Assembly (NCBI GenBank): GCA_964304625.1
Contig: OZ199838.1
Location: 16,599,469-16,663,468, forward strand
Direction: 5' to 3'
DNA length: 64,000 bases
Origin: Kudoa neothunni
Lineage: Eukaryota > Animalia > Cnidaria
In this document: positions 26,176-38,742 of the stretch, piece by piece
Layout of the letters: each line of letters begins with the position of its first letter
How positions within the stretch are numbered: the first letter of the stretch is position 1
Notes under the pieces: generated by a model
The model's database searches: none
What the model was told of the DNA's origin: nothing
The model's input: the letters and a program-made list of their open reading frames with translations, nothing else
Made by a program: the position numbers and the translations under genes

Positions 26176-27352
26176 CTTCATATATATATATATATATACA
26201 TAGTAGATAGGATTTTCCAGTATTTGAGACAAAACAAGAAAACTGGGTGAATTACAGATTCACTTGGATTAAAAATCATCACTTATGATGTTTTCTTCAA
26301 ATGGTCAAACTGTACTTTATAAATATGTAATTTAATGTATACATATCTCTTCATTAATCGAAAAATTCATTTTTCATGTCATAAACGTTAAAATTTCCCA
26401 TTTACCTTATCTCTATGGTATTTGCTATTTGTTTAAATGTACATCTTTAATTCTGTTGCCGAAACCATTCCTAATTTAATAAATAAATAATTATTTTTTA
26501 TCAAAAATAAGATATCCCATTCAAAAAAAGGGAGATTTAAAAAATTCCCAAATTATTACCTATAATTTTAGTTTTTAGACTGCGAATTTATTTTCTGAGG
26601 CTAAATATAATAGTTCATGTAATGAAAGTTGATTGTAAATTATGAAAAATCATATCTTAGATTAATTTTAATATCAAATTCATTAGAAGTTTTTTTTTTA
26701 AATTAGAAAATTGAGGAAATAATGAAAAACTTAAAGTATGTGGCTAATTATTTTAATGTATTCAAGAATCATAAACATAAAAATAAACAGAAGAGCATGA
26801 ATTAGAAACTTTTTTATGATCTAAAGAAAGCTATCTGATAGCTCTAATGGGCTTATTTTTAATAAACAAAAGAAAATGAATAACAATTGACCAGTGAAGT
26901 AAAGCTAAAGGTGTCAAATTAGAAGTAGACTTCATATTATTTAGTAAAATACGAATAGCGAAGTTGGATTTTGGTTAGTATATTAGAAAACAAGAGTTAA
27001 TAATTGCTCAAAATAATCTTTTATAATCTAATTAAACCATCGAAGACACATCCCTAATATAACGATATTGTGCGAGAGGTTAGCGCCGAAAGCTAACCTT
27101 TAGCAGAATTAAACTCTATAATTGACTCCATATTAACAAATATTGTATTTATTCAAGTATAAATTGTATACATATTAATCTTGCGACTCAAATTCATATA
27201 AATATTGTAAAATCTGAGGTTTCATAGTGCTAGGATAATTAAGCTACTTTGGATTGAGCAGGGTATTAAAGATCGTTAATCTTTGTTTGTGACTTCGTAG
27301 ACCTTAAATCTGACACACCCATATTCGTGTTTATACTATAAGAAAATTATCC

Positions 27353-28738
27353 ATGTCATCCAAAATTTACGATTTTAATGATGTCAGTGGTATACCTTGT
27401 TTTTCGTTCAACGCTGATATGAAACGTAACTCGTTATTCTATTCAGCCGGACCTGATGGGCAATTTTTCCCATAAATAATAGGTTTGGCTTTATCTCCCA
27501 ACAATGAGTTGGTTCAAATATATGAATTAAAAGGATCCAGCTGGACCTTACAAAGCACTCTCACCGATCACACATCTCGTGTTTACGGCATTGATTGGAG
27601 CAATAAGTCGAATAAAATTGTTACATGCGGATCTGTATGTTTGCTTAAACATACTATCAGTGTGATCTGATGTTTCGCTTCGTAATAGGATAGAAATGCA
27701 TATGTATGGACTGAGACAGCTCCAGGTCAATGGAAACCTTCACTTGTGCTTCTGAGAATAAATCGAGCGGCCATTTCGGTCAAGTGGTCCCCTTTGGAAA
27801 ACAAATTCGCCATTGGAACTGGAAACAAACTTATTTGTGTGTGTTACTATGAGGAATCGAATGATTGGTAACATCCGAATAGTGTGCATGCTCATTTGAT
27901 TTTTGTTTGTAAAGGTGGGTAAGCAAACACATCAAAAAACCTATTCGCTCCAGTGTGCTGTCAGTTGATTGGCATCCAAATAACAGTTTGTTGGCTGCAG
28001 GCTCGTCAGATTTTACTGTCAGAGTTTATGCAGCTGCCATCAAAGATGTGGACAAGAAACCATCTCCTACTGTATGGGGTGAAAAATACTCCTTCGGTAA
28101 TGTGATGGCTGAATTCCATACCAAATATGGAGGTAAGTAACAGCAAATTATACATGCGTTAGTTTTTTAAACTTAATAATATTTATTAGGTTGGGTTCAT
28201 TGTGTTCGTTTCTCCCCAAGTGGCAACCAACTTTGCTGGGTATCTCATGATTCCACTATTAGTGTGGCTGATCAAACCAACTCCGATAACTTTGTTTACG
28301 TTCTGAAATTCGACTTTTTGCCCATGTTGACTTGTCTTTGGATGGATGATAAAACTATTTACATTGGAGGTTACGACAACAAACCTTACAAGTTTGAATA
28401 CGCTTCTAAAGAAATTAAATTCATCAAATGCATTGATGACGGTAACAAAGCCGGCCAACAAAAAAGTTTATCGGCAATGAGTAAATTCCAAAATATGGAT
28501 AAAAAGGGCCAGGGTGCAGCAAATGAAACTAAACGTGACTCCACTCATAACAATTCGATCAAGTAAGTCGTTGTAGTAGTAGAATTTAATCACAACTCAT
28601 CATGAATTGATTTGTTGTAGAGAATTCTACTTTATGGATAACAAACAGTTTGCCAGCTCAGCTTTGGATAATAAAATCGTCATTTGGCCCGTAGCGGTAA
28701 ACAATAAGTTTTTATCGGATTTTAACTTTTCCTAGTAA
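27353..28738 (+). CDS. ARPC1: Arp2/3 complex subunit 1 (p41-Arc, WD40); multi-exon
   Basis: [71 protein letters not shown] and HNNSI. The stop position (28735 or 28738) depends on the last intron. Confidence 0.95.
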
Positions 28739-29286
28739 CCAATGACCTTCGCCTTAACTCAACATAAATGAAGCGTATAGAAGTCGTTTTTGTGGCAATG
28801 TATTTGTTTATGTGTGGTTGACTCAACATCAAATACAATCTCTTTCTTCATAATTTAATTTTTATCAACATATATGACTTTGGTCGATATTTTTCTCTGT
28901 TCTTCTAGTTTTTCTAAAGGCAAACTCTCGTTGAAGCTTATAGAAAACCATTTCGATTTATCGAAGGCCGTTTAATTTACCTGATTTACCTATTTTACCT
29001 ATTATGCGGCCTTATTATCTTTCTGGGCGGAATTATTTCGTCCACAAAGTTTAACTCGAGAAAAATTAAATGCATCTAGGAGATAATACCATGCTAAGCA
29101 AATAAAATGTACTTTATCACTAAAAGACAGCTGTATTATTATTTGTTTTTATAAGGTCCATTAATGTCCATATTGATGTGTTTTTCGTTCAAATTTCCAT
29201 CAACACCAAAAATATGGAATAAGGATATTTGATTTAAGATTAGATTCGATTTAAGTCTGATTTAGACATTATGTTTTTTTGGTATC

Positions 29287-29500
29287 TACAAGGTAAACCC
29301 CTGACGTAGCTTATTAGGTTGTGGAGTTCCGGCTAGTCACGCTGCCTCCATAAACTCTGTAGACAACACAGTGAGTAAGATACAACCTATCCCGTTATTT
29401 TCCTTCAACAACTTGGAAGTTTAACCCACTAAAAATCTCGGCTTTAGGCGATTACACCGCAAATCTTGCTCAATCAAGGGCGTTAGCTCTGGGACTTGAA
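29287..29500 (-). mobile_element. SINE 3' portion (diverged relative of the 29874-30315 copy)
   Basis: Reverse complement aligns with 30170-30315 through tgggttaaact, aaaataa.gg, ctacag.gtt.atg, aactccacaacct and ttgta. Confidence 0.65.
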
Positions 29501-29873
29501 TAATTCTTCATTATCTAATACAATATTTCTTAACATTTATTCTGCGAGGACCCTTAATGTGTTCAATGGACCTATGGTGGACCCCATCTTGTTTTAATGC
29601 CTAATCCATTCATATGTATGAATATTTCTCCCTTTCTTCCCATTATTTACGTCAGTAAACAGATTATAGATTAAAAATTCATCATTTTTAAAAAAACATA
29701 AATCAGAGTGTATATAATTTTAATATTAGTTAGCGAATTGTGCCTTTATCGCCTGCCGCTGCTTTATTACAAGTTTAATTTAAATAATTCTTGATGAGCA
29801 AAAAAAATCGGTAAATTAACGTATTATGAATTTTCGTATTTGCGAAAAATTTTCTGGAATAAATTAAAATTCC

Positions 29874-30315
29874 GAGGACGTATGCTCAGTGGTGTGGTGA
29901 CTGGACTTAATATCCGAAGGTACTGGATTCGATTCCCGCTATCGATCAATCTACTGTTTCCGTCCGGTTGTGTCTCTATCTCGTAATGGGAGTCGTTGTT
30001 AGAGTGCGATTTCACTATAAGTGTAATTTTACCTGCAATTATGGTTCGATCTAGCAGAGGAGGTTGAATTAGACGTTTGAGACGTGGGGGAGGCACCAAC
30101 AAGCTTGAAACCTCTGTAGACACAAGATCCTTATGGACTTATAAATAGGGTTCCGGGTGTTGGTTGTTTAATGGGTTAAACTCCCACATTATCGCAGAAA
30201 ATAAGGGGTGAGGGATCAATGTTGCTAGTCTGCAGTACCTACAGCGTTAATGTGGATGATCTAATCAGCCATAACTCCACAACCTTAAAAGTTGCACAAG
30301 GAGTTTTAATTTGTA
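29874..30315 (+). mobile_element. tRNA-derived SINE
   Basis: Head gaggacgtatgctcagtgg (A box), ggacttaatatcc (anticodon-arm-like) and ggattcgattcc (B box), followed by a ~370-nt body whose tail is shared with 29287-29500. Confidence 0.65.
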
Positions 30316-30548
30316 AACAAAAAAACTGATTATCTTTAGATTATCCCTTTTTTAGGGAAATTAACAAATTGGTCTATGACATACGCTCTGAAATAATTGA
30401 CAATATGAGAGCTCGAGAATATTTTTAATCGAAACAAAAATTATACATTTGGGTAACAATATTCAGATCATAAAACTTTATTATAAAAAATGAACTAAAA
30501 AATTCATAAAATCTTGTGGTTTTTCACAGTAATTTCAAGTGTAGTCGT

Positions 30549-33500
30549 CTTATTTTTTGATCACAACGGACCCAACAATTAGTGTGAGAACAACTGCTCC
30601 CACAATTCCTGCTACAATAATTCTAAACAGCCATTAAACAATGTAATAAGAAAAAGGTTACATCATCTGATTACTGTACCTAAATGATAGTTAATAAATG
30701 AATGAATTGATTATTTCGATATAGTACTTTGCACTGTTCTTTTCACCTAATGGTAAAGTCACTTTATTTATTGCATACAATATTATTATTACCTTGATTA
30801 ATTTCCGCAACTCCAAAATATTCGTCATCATACTCAAGATATACAGTCAGATGATAGTTATTATTTTCAGGAACGCCTGTAATGTCGAAACTTTTACAAC
30901 TTGGAAATGTTTCACACTCTGGAGTTGTACTCATGCATGATTTTTCCATTAAATTTGATTTTGCACTAGAATTGCGCAATTCCCATTTACATTTGGAGTC
31001 ACTAGTTATTTTGGTGGAATGTGCAGTCTCTACAGTCAAGGTAGTTCCGTCACGCGTTATAGAAACATCCAAAACTTTTTGAGCATCTGTAGGGTTGATT
31101 TTTATCCTATCTAATAATACATTTTAACCATTTATATTAATACACTCATAAGAAAAGTTAAATTGCTCTTACTTGAAGGTATTTCAATAGTGACTTCGGA
31201 TGATTTTCCCGGCGCGGTTATTATAACTTTGTATGGATATCTTGAACGATAACCAGTGGTGAACATTATAGAACTGCACATAGACATTTCTAAACATCTA
31301 TTAGCAGTGGCGGTTGTGTCTGGGGCATTGATTGGTGCGTCGTTAGTTATTCCACCTGCCCTGGCTATTCTAGGTGTCTCCAGTTTTGATTCTTCTGCTT
31401 TGCTTTTATCGGGTTGTGGATTTGTTTTTGCATCCTTGTCAGCTGCATCAGATACTGAAGGAACTTCAGGAACTTTGGGTGAAGACGTATCCTCAGATGA
31501 TGCAGGTGCCGATGTAGCTTGTGGATCTGACGTTTCTGATGTTGGAGGCGGAGTGGGGCACATTAAAACACTCTCAAATTTATCTTTCATTTTTATTTGA
31601 ATATCATATTGGCACAATGCTGGAGTGTTTGATGACAACTCTGCATTCACTTCGAATCCCTCCAAATTAAATTTATAAGTAACGTTTAACGTTGCCAATT
31701 CTAAGAAAATAATAAATAAAATATTTATATTTTAAAAATGTACTCATTTGAACAGCACTATATATATGTTCTCCATAGTCCTGGTGAGCAATTACTTTAA
31801 TATCGTATTGCATTCCAGGTTCCAAATCAACTATTTTTTTTGTATCCTTACACCATCCTCTACATGGACTGCTATGTTCACATTCGGCGGGATAGAAATA
31901 ATCCTTTCCAGTGAAGCTGATAAAATATTCACATGTTGGTTCTGTCGTTACACTAGTTTCTATCGAGCCTGCTACGGCTTTCAGCGATACATCCGATGTC
32001 GATGTTGTTGTTGGGATGGCAGCATCATAATTTTTTTCATTACCTTTAGCTTAAAAGGTGTTAAACGTTCATTCTGGTGTAAATATATTTACATGTCCGA
32101 ATAAATATTTTCTCTTTAAAATCTCTTGCATCACTGATCCCCAATGTTGCTACTTCAATGATGTAAGGTTTTCCTGCTTTGAGACCGTTGACAACTAATT
32201 TAGCTCCCTCTGTTTTGCAATTATTTCCGCCACCACTCAACTTACTACCTTCAGCGCACGTAGTGGTACTAGTCGTTCCAGTAGGTTTAGGTTTATCGGC
32301 GAAGTAATGAGAAAGAGTAGGGGTTCCAGCCGTTTCAGCTTTAAAGAGTGATGAATCAAACGTGACTCCAACACTTGTAAACGCTGATAATAATCCATCT
32401 CCCGTTTCAGTTATAACTAGTAATATTTAAATTGGTGAAATATACTAATCTTTAATTATTATATTTAGTAATACCGTATTTATCTTGGTTAAACCCATCA
32501 TAAGTGTTGTCAGTCTTTATTGCTAAATCGTGATGCCTCATTTGTATTGAAATAGTGTAAACCGATTTGATCGTCAAAACAGTTAAACCAATATTTTTGC
32601 AAGGAGCATAACACTCCCCATTCTTATTTCCACAATTTGATTCAAATGAGGTTGCTTCTTTAACTCGGAATATACAAATCTCGTGGGAGGGTGCATTAGT
32701 AAACTTTATAGTAATTTGTTTTTCTTCATTAGACTTTTTCGTCAAATAAAACTGTGGCTTATAAATATCAATCGTTTTTCTCATATATTCATTTGGCATG
32801 TTATAAAAAAAGCTAGGATAGTTAATACATCTAACTTCATAATGAGGAATCAGAAGGTCAAATTCGACAGAATTTGCGGTATCCGTTTCTGTGTCGCATT
32901 CATTCGCTTGCGTACCAGTTTGATATTTCATATTTTTGTAGTAAATTGAGCAGGCAACTGGAGAACATGTTTTCGCAGCTAGCTTTAGTTTACCTGAAGC
33001 ATCTTCCGTTGAAATAGAAAATTGAGGGTTTACTAACAATGCTAAAAAATAAGTCTAAAATTGTTATTTACAGATCAAAGTTACGTGTAGCCAAACCAAA
33101 CACGTTGCCACCCTTGTTTTGTTCATCGGTATTGACGTTATTTGCATTTTCTCCAACAAATACATAAACATAACTAGTTCTTGGGGAGAGTTGATTATAA
33201 CCTAGTTTTATATCCTCGCCAGAACATGTTCTGACACATTTATTATTAGATTCGGCACTAGTAGTACCATTGGGGGGACAAGTCCCGATTTCATCAAATT
33301 CAAGGTTAGAGCTGGTAGTTATTTTTGATTTCCTAATGCGGCAATGCTTTGTAGTGTATTTACTCCCTCCTAGAATAAGCTGCACCTTGAATTGATTTTG
33401 GTCAGCGTCTTTAACAATTTGGTACGCGACTGTTTCAGTTGGTGTAGAAGGAGTTGGTGAAGATGGAGTTGGTTTAGATGGGATTGGTGTAGCAGAGGAC

Positions 33501-33762
33501 AGGGGAGGCGAGCTTGATGCAGAAGAGGTTGATGTTGAAGCTGTCGTAGATGAGACTGGTCTAAGAGTGTCCCGTTGAGAAGTGTCTGGTGGAGTTAAGA
33601 TTGGCGAAGATGAGAGTGTTGGAGATGGGCTTAATTCAGAAGAGGCTCGTGGAGATAAGACCTCGAAACTTGTTTGGTTAATGAGGACTAAAAGTTATAA
33701 ATTAAAAAGTCAAAGTTTTAATATTACCTGATATAAAAAAAAAGTTGAGACACCAATAGCAT
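30549..33762 (-). CDS. Type-I membrane glycoprotein: signal peptide, S/T/P mucin-like region, ~7 divergent Cys-containing fibronectin-III-like repeats, TM helix, very short tail
   Basis: ATG at 33762 (MLLVSQLFF..., needs one A removed from the A9 run). FN3 E/F-strand motifs YNQLSPRTSYVYVF, VNGLKAGKPYIIEVA, VDLEPGMQYDIKVIA and ITGVPENNNYHLTVY. Micro-exons 30746-30728 and 30679-30662. TM IIVAGIVGAVVLTLIVGSVVI followed by KK. Confidence 0.8.
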
Positions 33763-34438
33763 TATATATAATTTTATATTCAACTTATTATAAACAAAAC
33801 TATAGACGTATAAACTAAATACCCTATAGAAAGATTATCCCAGATTTCAATCTATAAATCCATTCATATTATTGACGAAGTCAATTTAAACATTTGTTGA
33901 ATTAAAATAACAGACTAATAATAATGTATGCTAGCGCGAGTACCCAGCTTTGCCTGATGTGTTATGGAAAATTTATGAGGTAAAGTTAATTTAATTAGTA
34001 TGTTAAAATCCTTAAAATTTTGTTTCTCTCCTTTCATTTACAAATTTGTCATTATTTTTGCACTATAATGATGTAGATTCTTGTTAAACCGTTACGTGTA
34101 TGCATTTTACATTAAAATATAGAGTTATTAAGAGAATGTTAATAATAAATATTTTTGAGCTCATTTTACAAATCATTCACCAAAAATACAATAACCTTAA
34201 TTTTATGAGCAATCTAATTAACAATGAAAATTTATACAACAAACGAAACCATTGAGTAAAATAAAATAGGGTTTTCTCTTCTTTTCAAAATTTTTGTGAT
34301 AAAAATAAAAGCTTTTAATTATAAAATTCATTGTTTGCTAAAATTGATAAAAAAAACTCAAAGTGCGTCAAAAATAAAAATATTAATTAATAATATCTCA
34401 TAATTTTGCGAAGGTTGTCGGCCAAGTTTAAAAAAAAA

Positions 34439-34612
34439 AAGTGGATATTAACACGTAAATAATATTCAGGTGATACTAGTTTTGACTACACTTAATTATT
34501 TCTGACCACCTCTACGATCTTAGGTCCAGAAATAATTTAATATAAAAAATTAAATCTGTAACTAGCTTGTAGGTTTGAGTTGGTGAGATTAAAATAGCAC
34601 ACGCGCGCGCAG
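34439..34612 (+). repeat. Dispersed hairpin-bearing repeat family, copy D
   Basis: gtggatattaacacgtaaataatattcaggtgatactagttttgac...aattatttctg...ccagaaataattt...acgcgcgcgc is co-linear with 15238-15427. Confidence 0.8.
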
Positions 34613-35829
34613 GTGCTCCAAAAAATCGAAGGTCGGGGGTTCACTTCGAGGATATAGGGTTTATCCTCTAGTTCGAAAAGATTAAGTGAATGTATTAACA
34701 AGATTGTATGCTTCGTTCGCAGTGGAATTTTGTAATCGATATTAGGAGAAATTTTCTCATCCAAATTCAGCAGCGCATTATTTTTTGGAATAAACGATAT
34801 ATTTCTTTTAAAATATCAGCTAAACTACAGGACTACAGTATCTGTGTAGAACATCGGGCGGTGTTGCATACAAAATCGGAAATAAAGTCGTTTCCTACAA
34901 TTCGTCCTGTTAATTCACTCCTTTTTTAAAAGTTTTTTCATTTTTGTTCCTATCACATAAAATTACATTACATAGTTAAATTCAGATCAAAAAGAATTAA
35001 CCTGAAAACTGAAAATTAATCTTAAGTAGAGCACATTCAGATTCACGTGGAATCTCGATGTTGTTGATAAATACATCAAAAAAATTATAACTCTAAAATT
35101 TTAACAATTTCGAAGTCGTTAATCGTTCATTGATTTTTTTTATTTTTATCTATTCGTAATAATTTGTAAATGTTCAATCTTGACTTTGTATTTTAAAAAA
35201 CAGAACTTTCTGATTTATTCCATTTAAAATTAGAACGATGATGTTTCAATTTAACTATGACGTAACTTATTATTGTTTTTAGTTTATAAATTTTTTCGTG
35301 TAGTTTATTCATGATTAAAAAAATGTTTAACAGTAACAGTATTTGTTTCAAAATTCAAACATGAAAATTTTTAATTTATTTTGTTCATTTATCTTTTCAT
35401 TTATATCCATTAAGAAACCAAATATAAAAAATAATTATTTTTTAATTAAAATTAACTTTAAAGTAGAGTAATCGTCAAAAATTAAAATATACGATTTTTA
35501 AGCACATTAAATTAAATCAACCAAGGATGCTACTAAGTCCAGAGCATTTTTTAGTACTTATCCCAACAGTATAAAATATATTGTAAAACCTAAAAATAAA
35601 AACTTATTAGCTATTTCGGGAATATAAAGTGAAATATTACGTAATATTTTATAAACTACTTCAATATTTTTGTGTGGTTGAATGTTTCAGGCGTTTAAAC
35701 CCAATATAATTAATTTACTGAGATGTATTATCTATCACAATGTTTGTACAAACTAGTAAAAACCACAAAATGTCGGAATCATGAAATTCCTATCCATATC
35801 TTTAATAATCCTCAAAAATACACATAATC

Positions 35830-36170
35830 ACCCTCGTTTTTTAAAAAATTTTCCGATGCCATAGCCTCTGCCTTTAATAATACAATTTCAATTAATAAAA
35901 TACGATTAAATCTAAAAATTAATGATGTTTTGGTTTGGAAAATTACAGAAACATCTAAATGCAGGATGGTTTTTTGAAGGAATACTCCTTATAAGAATAA
36001 ACGAACTATTTCACTGTCTCGGAAAGTTTCTTTTTATTTAACCATTATCAGATTAACAGAGGCTTTGTAAAAATATCTATTAGATCGGATAAACCAATAA
36101 TTTCCAATTAACTAACATAGCACGTAGTGTGAATGGACTGTATATTTTGAAAAAGTAATCGTGGATATAA
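35830..36170 (+). mobile_element. Possible second Merlin transposase fragment
   Basis: QDGFF*R..YKNKRTISLSRKVSF and VVCEW resemble the Merlin N-terminal motifs DG..WRC...S.R..SFF and VVDW; heavily decayed. Confidence 0.3.
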
Positions 36171-36899
36171 CTTCTTAAACGACCTACAGCATGAATGAGG
36201 TACGACATATTTTTATGCAGTTTTTATATCATCCTGAATTATTTTTAACCTCAAGAAAACTTAGTATTGATTTAAATATTAACGTTAAAGTCTGAAGGTA
36301 GGAAACTATCAGGTTTATAGGAGCTTTAACATTCCATAAAAAATTATCTCTACCAATATGGAAAATTATTGAATTAGTTATGCCAGTTGTTGTGTAAGAA
36401 AGTTTAGGAAAACATAAAAATGAGTAATAACTTGTTGAAATAATGAATATAGGTTAAATCAAAATCGGAAGATTTGATAAAAAAGAAAGTTTCATATTCC
36501 ATGCATTCTTACAAAATGTAATTTTCATTTATGAAGCCAAGAGAAAAAAATAATTATTCGCAAACCTTACACACACCTTTCATCGTCTTTGGAGTACATG
36601 TAGAGTCACAAGATTATTCCTTGTTGGCAACAATTTATTTGTTTAATTCAAAGCATTTATCATCTTTTTTTGTTTAAAATCAAACTCTGACGTTTGTTAA
36701 ATGAATGTATACTTTATAGAATTGTTAGATGCCACAAATTTTAGGGGAAACGCCAAGTCTTTGGTAAGTATAGCGCTAAAAGCGTTATCTGTCTTAAAAT
36801 TACCCCAAACAAAATAAATAACATTTATATGGCATTCTTTGTTTTATTTAACGGGTCCTCTTTTTATATAGAATGTATAAGTTAATTTTAATTGACTAT

Positions 36900-37473
36900 C
36901 ACTTTGAAGTTAACATACATCAGCATTACGAAGGTACTTTTTAATTTGTTGTTAGAGTAGACAAACAGGAAATTCTTTACTTCTGATGACAATTATATTA
37001 ATATTTCTAAGTAGATAAACGAATTTTTGTAATATCCATGGATTCAAATCTATTCCTCCTTACCTCAAATTTAGCTCAATCATCGGATGCATGGGTAGGA
37101 CGTACGGATTCTAGGTGCTGCTTTAGAATCGAAGGTTTCATAGAAGCGTTTTTAAGGATCTTTCAGCACAAAACACATTGAGGTTTCTCGACTCCGTCCA
37201 AAACAATTAGATCAAACCCATACTGAATATAAAAATATAGTTACTTACGTTTCTTCGACATGACAAAATTTAAAAAGATTTAAATTGGTGATGCTTATGA
37301 GACTAAAATTCTGTTTACTGTAAATGCACAAAAATACCTTCTTCGGTGCTTATTGAATAAAAATAAATTTGGTAAAACTCGTTTAATTGTCACAAGGAAT
37401 TAGTTTTACTATACACGAAATTTTTATATTCAACTATGATGTTCAATGATTGACCCCCGGTTGGGAACCCCTG
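36900..37473 (-). mobile_element. hAT (Charlie/ZBED5-type) 5' fragment with TIR
   Basis: TIR caggggttcccaaccgg ends at 37473; BED finger MSKKRK*...YIQYGF....EKPQCVLC*KILKNASMKPSILKQHL. Confidence 0.8.
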
Positions 37474-38670
37474 CGCTAAAATATAGATAAATTTAGGATG
37501 GTTTGGTAAATACGTAAATCAGTGCACAAATTTTAAAAATATTGTATTGACAATATCGCCTAATATACTCTCGAGCTATGTCAGGTTTTCACGCTATCTA
37601 TCTATATTAGATAAAGTGTAGAATCTGTACAGGTGTATACGTTAATATTGTTATCAATACAATTTCATTATCATATCAATAAAATAGAATTATTATTTTT
37701 TAAAATCGGGATTAGTTTGTGCGTTGTTTATGTAAAGCTGAATTTATGGTGTAAAATCTATAAAATCTCTAAGGGTAGATTAAAATGCTACGAAATAGGA
37801 TTATGTCCACTTATTAGTTAACTAAATATAACTTTATTTGTTTAACCTTTGTGTCATTTACTTAAATAAACTTGATTTACTTTAAAATGAAAAAGGCTTT
37901 AGCCTACTTGGTTGAGCAAAGAAGCCTTTGCGCTAGTATCAACTAAATTAGTAAAGGAAAAAAATTTTAAGACGATTTTTATTAGAATTATTAATTTTGC
38001 ATTTTTATAAAAAAAGTTCTATTATAAAGATGGACCTTGACTTTCACATGGAGGAGAGATATTAAATGGGCGAGGAAAAAAACATGGAGGTATGGTAATA
38101 AAATATGTAGGAATGCACTCCTTTAGATTCGACGATGCACGTTTTATACAGCTACCAAAAATGGTAACTTTATAAAATTAAAATGTAAATAGTAATACCA
38201 TTGGATAGGGGTAGATTTCCTCAACTAAACCTACAAATCCACAATTTAATAATAGTTACTGTCGACTAAGATTTCTTAAATGTCATATTCTAACTAAGGA
38301 ACTTTTAAGGTTGCAAATTTTGTATTTCTATTAATAAACACTTAGTGTAAATTTATACATAAAGAAATAATTTTGTTCAATTAAAATACTTTAACATACA
38401 GTGACCAACATAATATATCATAATTAAGTAAAATTTGATAAAATTTAATTAACGGAGCAATGGTTATGGTTATAGAAAACTTAACTACTTCTGTAAATGA
38501 CGAATAAAATCAAATGCGTGCGCAGCTGAAATAGATATTTTACTATTTTTCAAAAAAAGACTAATTTTATTGAAAAGAGCACCTAAAGTGAATCAGAACC
38601 ATATTTCATAAGATCTATTAAATAAAAGAAAGCGTGTTACATCTAATATTTAAAAAAGGAAAAATCGAAG

Positions 38671-38742
38671 TTCCGATACGGGGAATCGAACCCCGGCAGC
38701 CGCGGTGAAAACGCGAAATCATAGCCACTAGACCATATCGGA
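38671..38742 (-). tRNA. tRNA-Glu (anticodon TTC)
   Basis: TCCGATA TG GTCT AGTGGCT ATGAT T TCGCG TT-TTC-AC CGCGG CTGC CGGGG TTCGATT CCCCG TATCGGA A forms a full cloverleaf, with downstream oligo-T Pol III terminators. Confidence 0.95.

Noticed and set aside
26870-27330. Possible rRNA/NUMT or structured RNA (hairpin aggttagc-gccgaaa-gctaacct; aattaaactctataattgac resembles an SSU rRNA motif)
   Set aside because: Only short, gapped resemblance in AT-rich DNA, with wrong spacing between motifs. An Infernal/Rfam search would be needed, so it is treated as ARPC1 upstream sequence.
29824-30123. 99-aa ORF on the minus strand
   Set aside because: It is antisense to the tRNA-derived SINE, has a GTG start and shows no protein features.
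36774-37481. cgctaaaa direct repeat as the TSD of the Charlie-type hAT fragment
   Set aside because: No TIR follows the left copy, so it may be chance.
38020-38240. Possible Tc1/mariner fragment (DGP...HGG)
   Set aside because: Too short and degenerate, and no TIRs were found.
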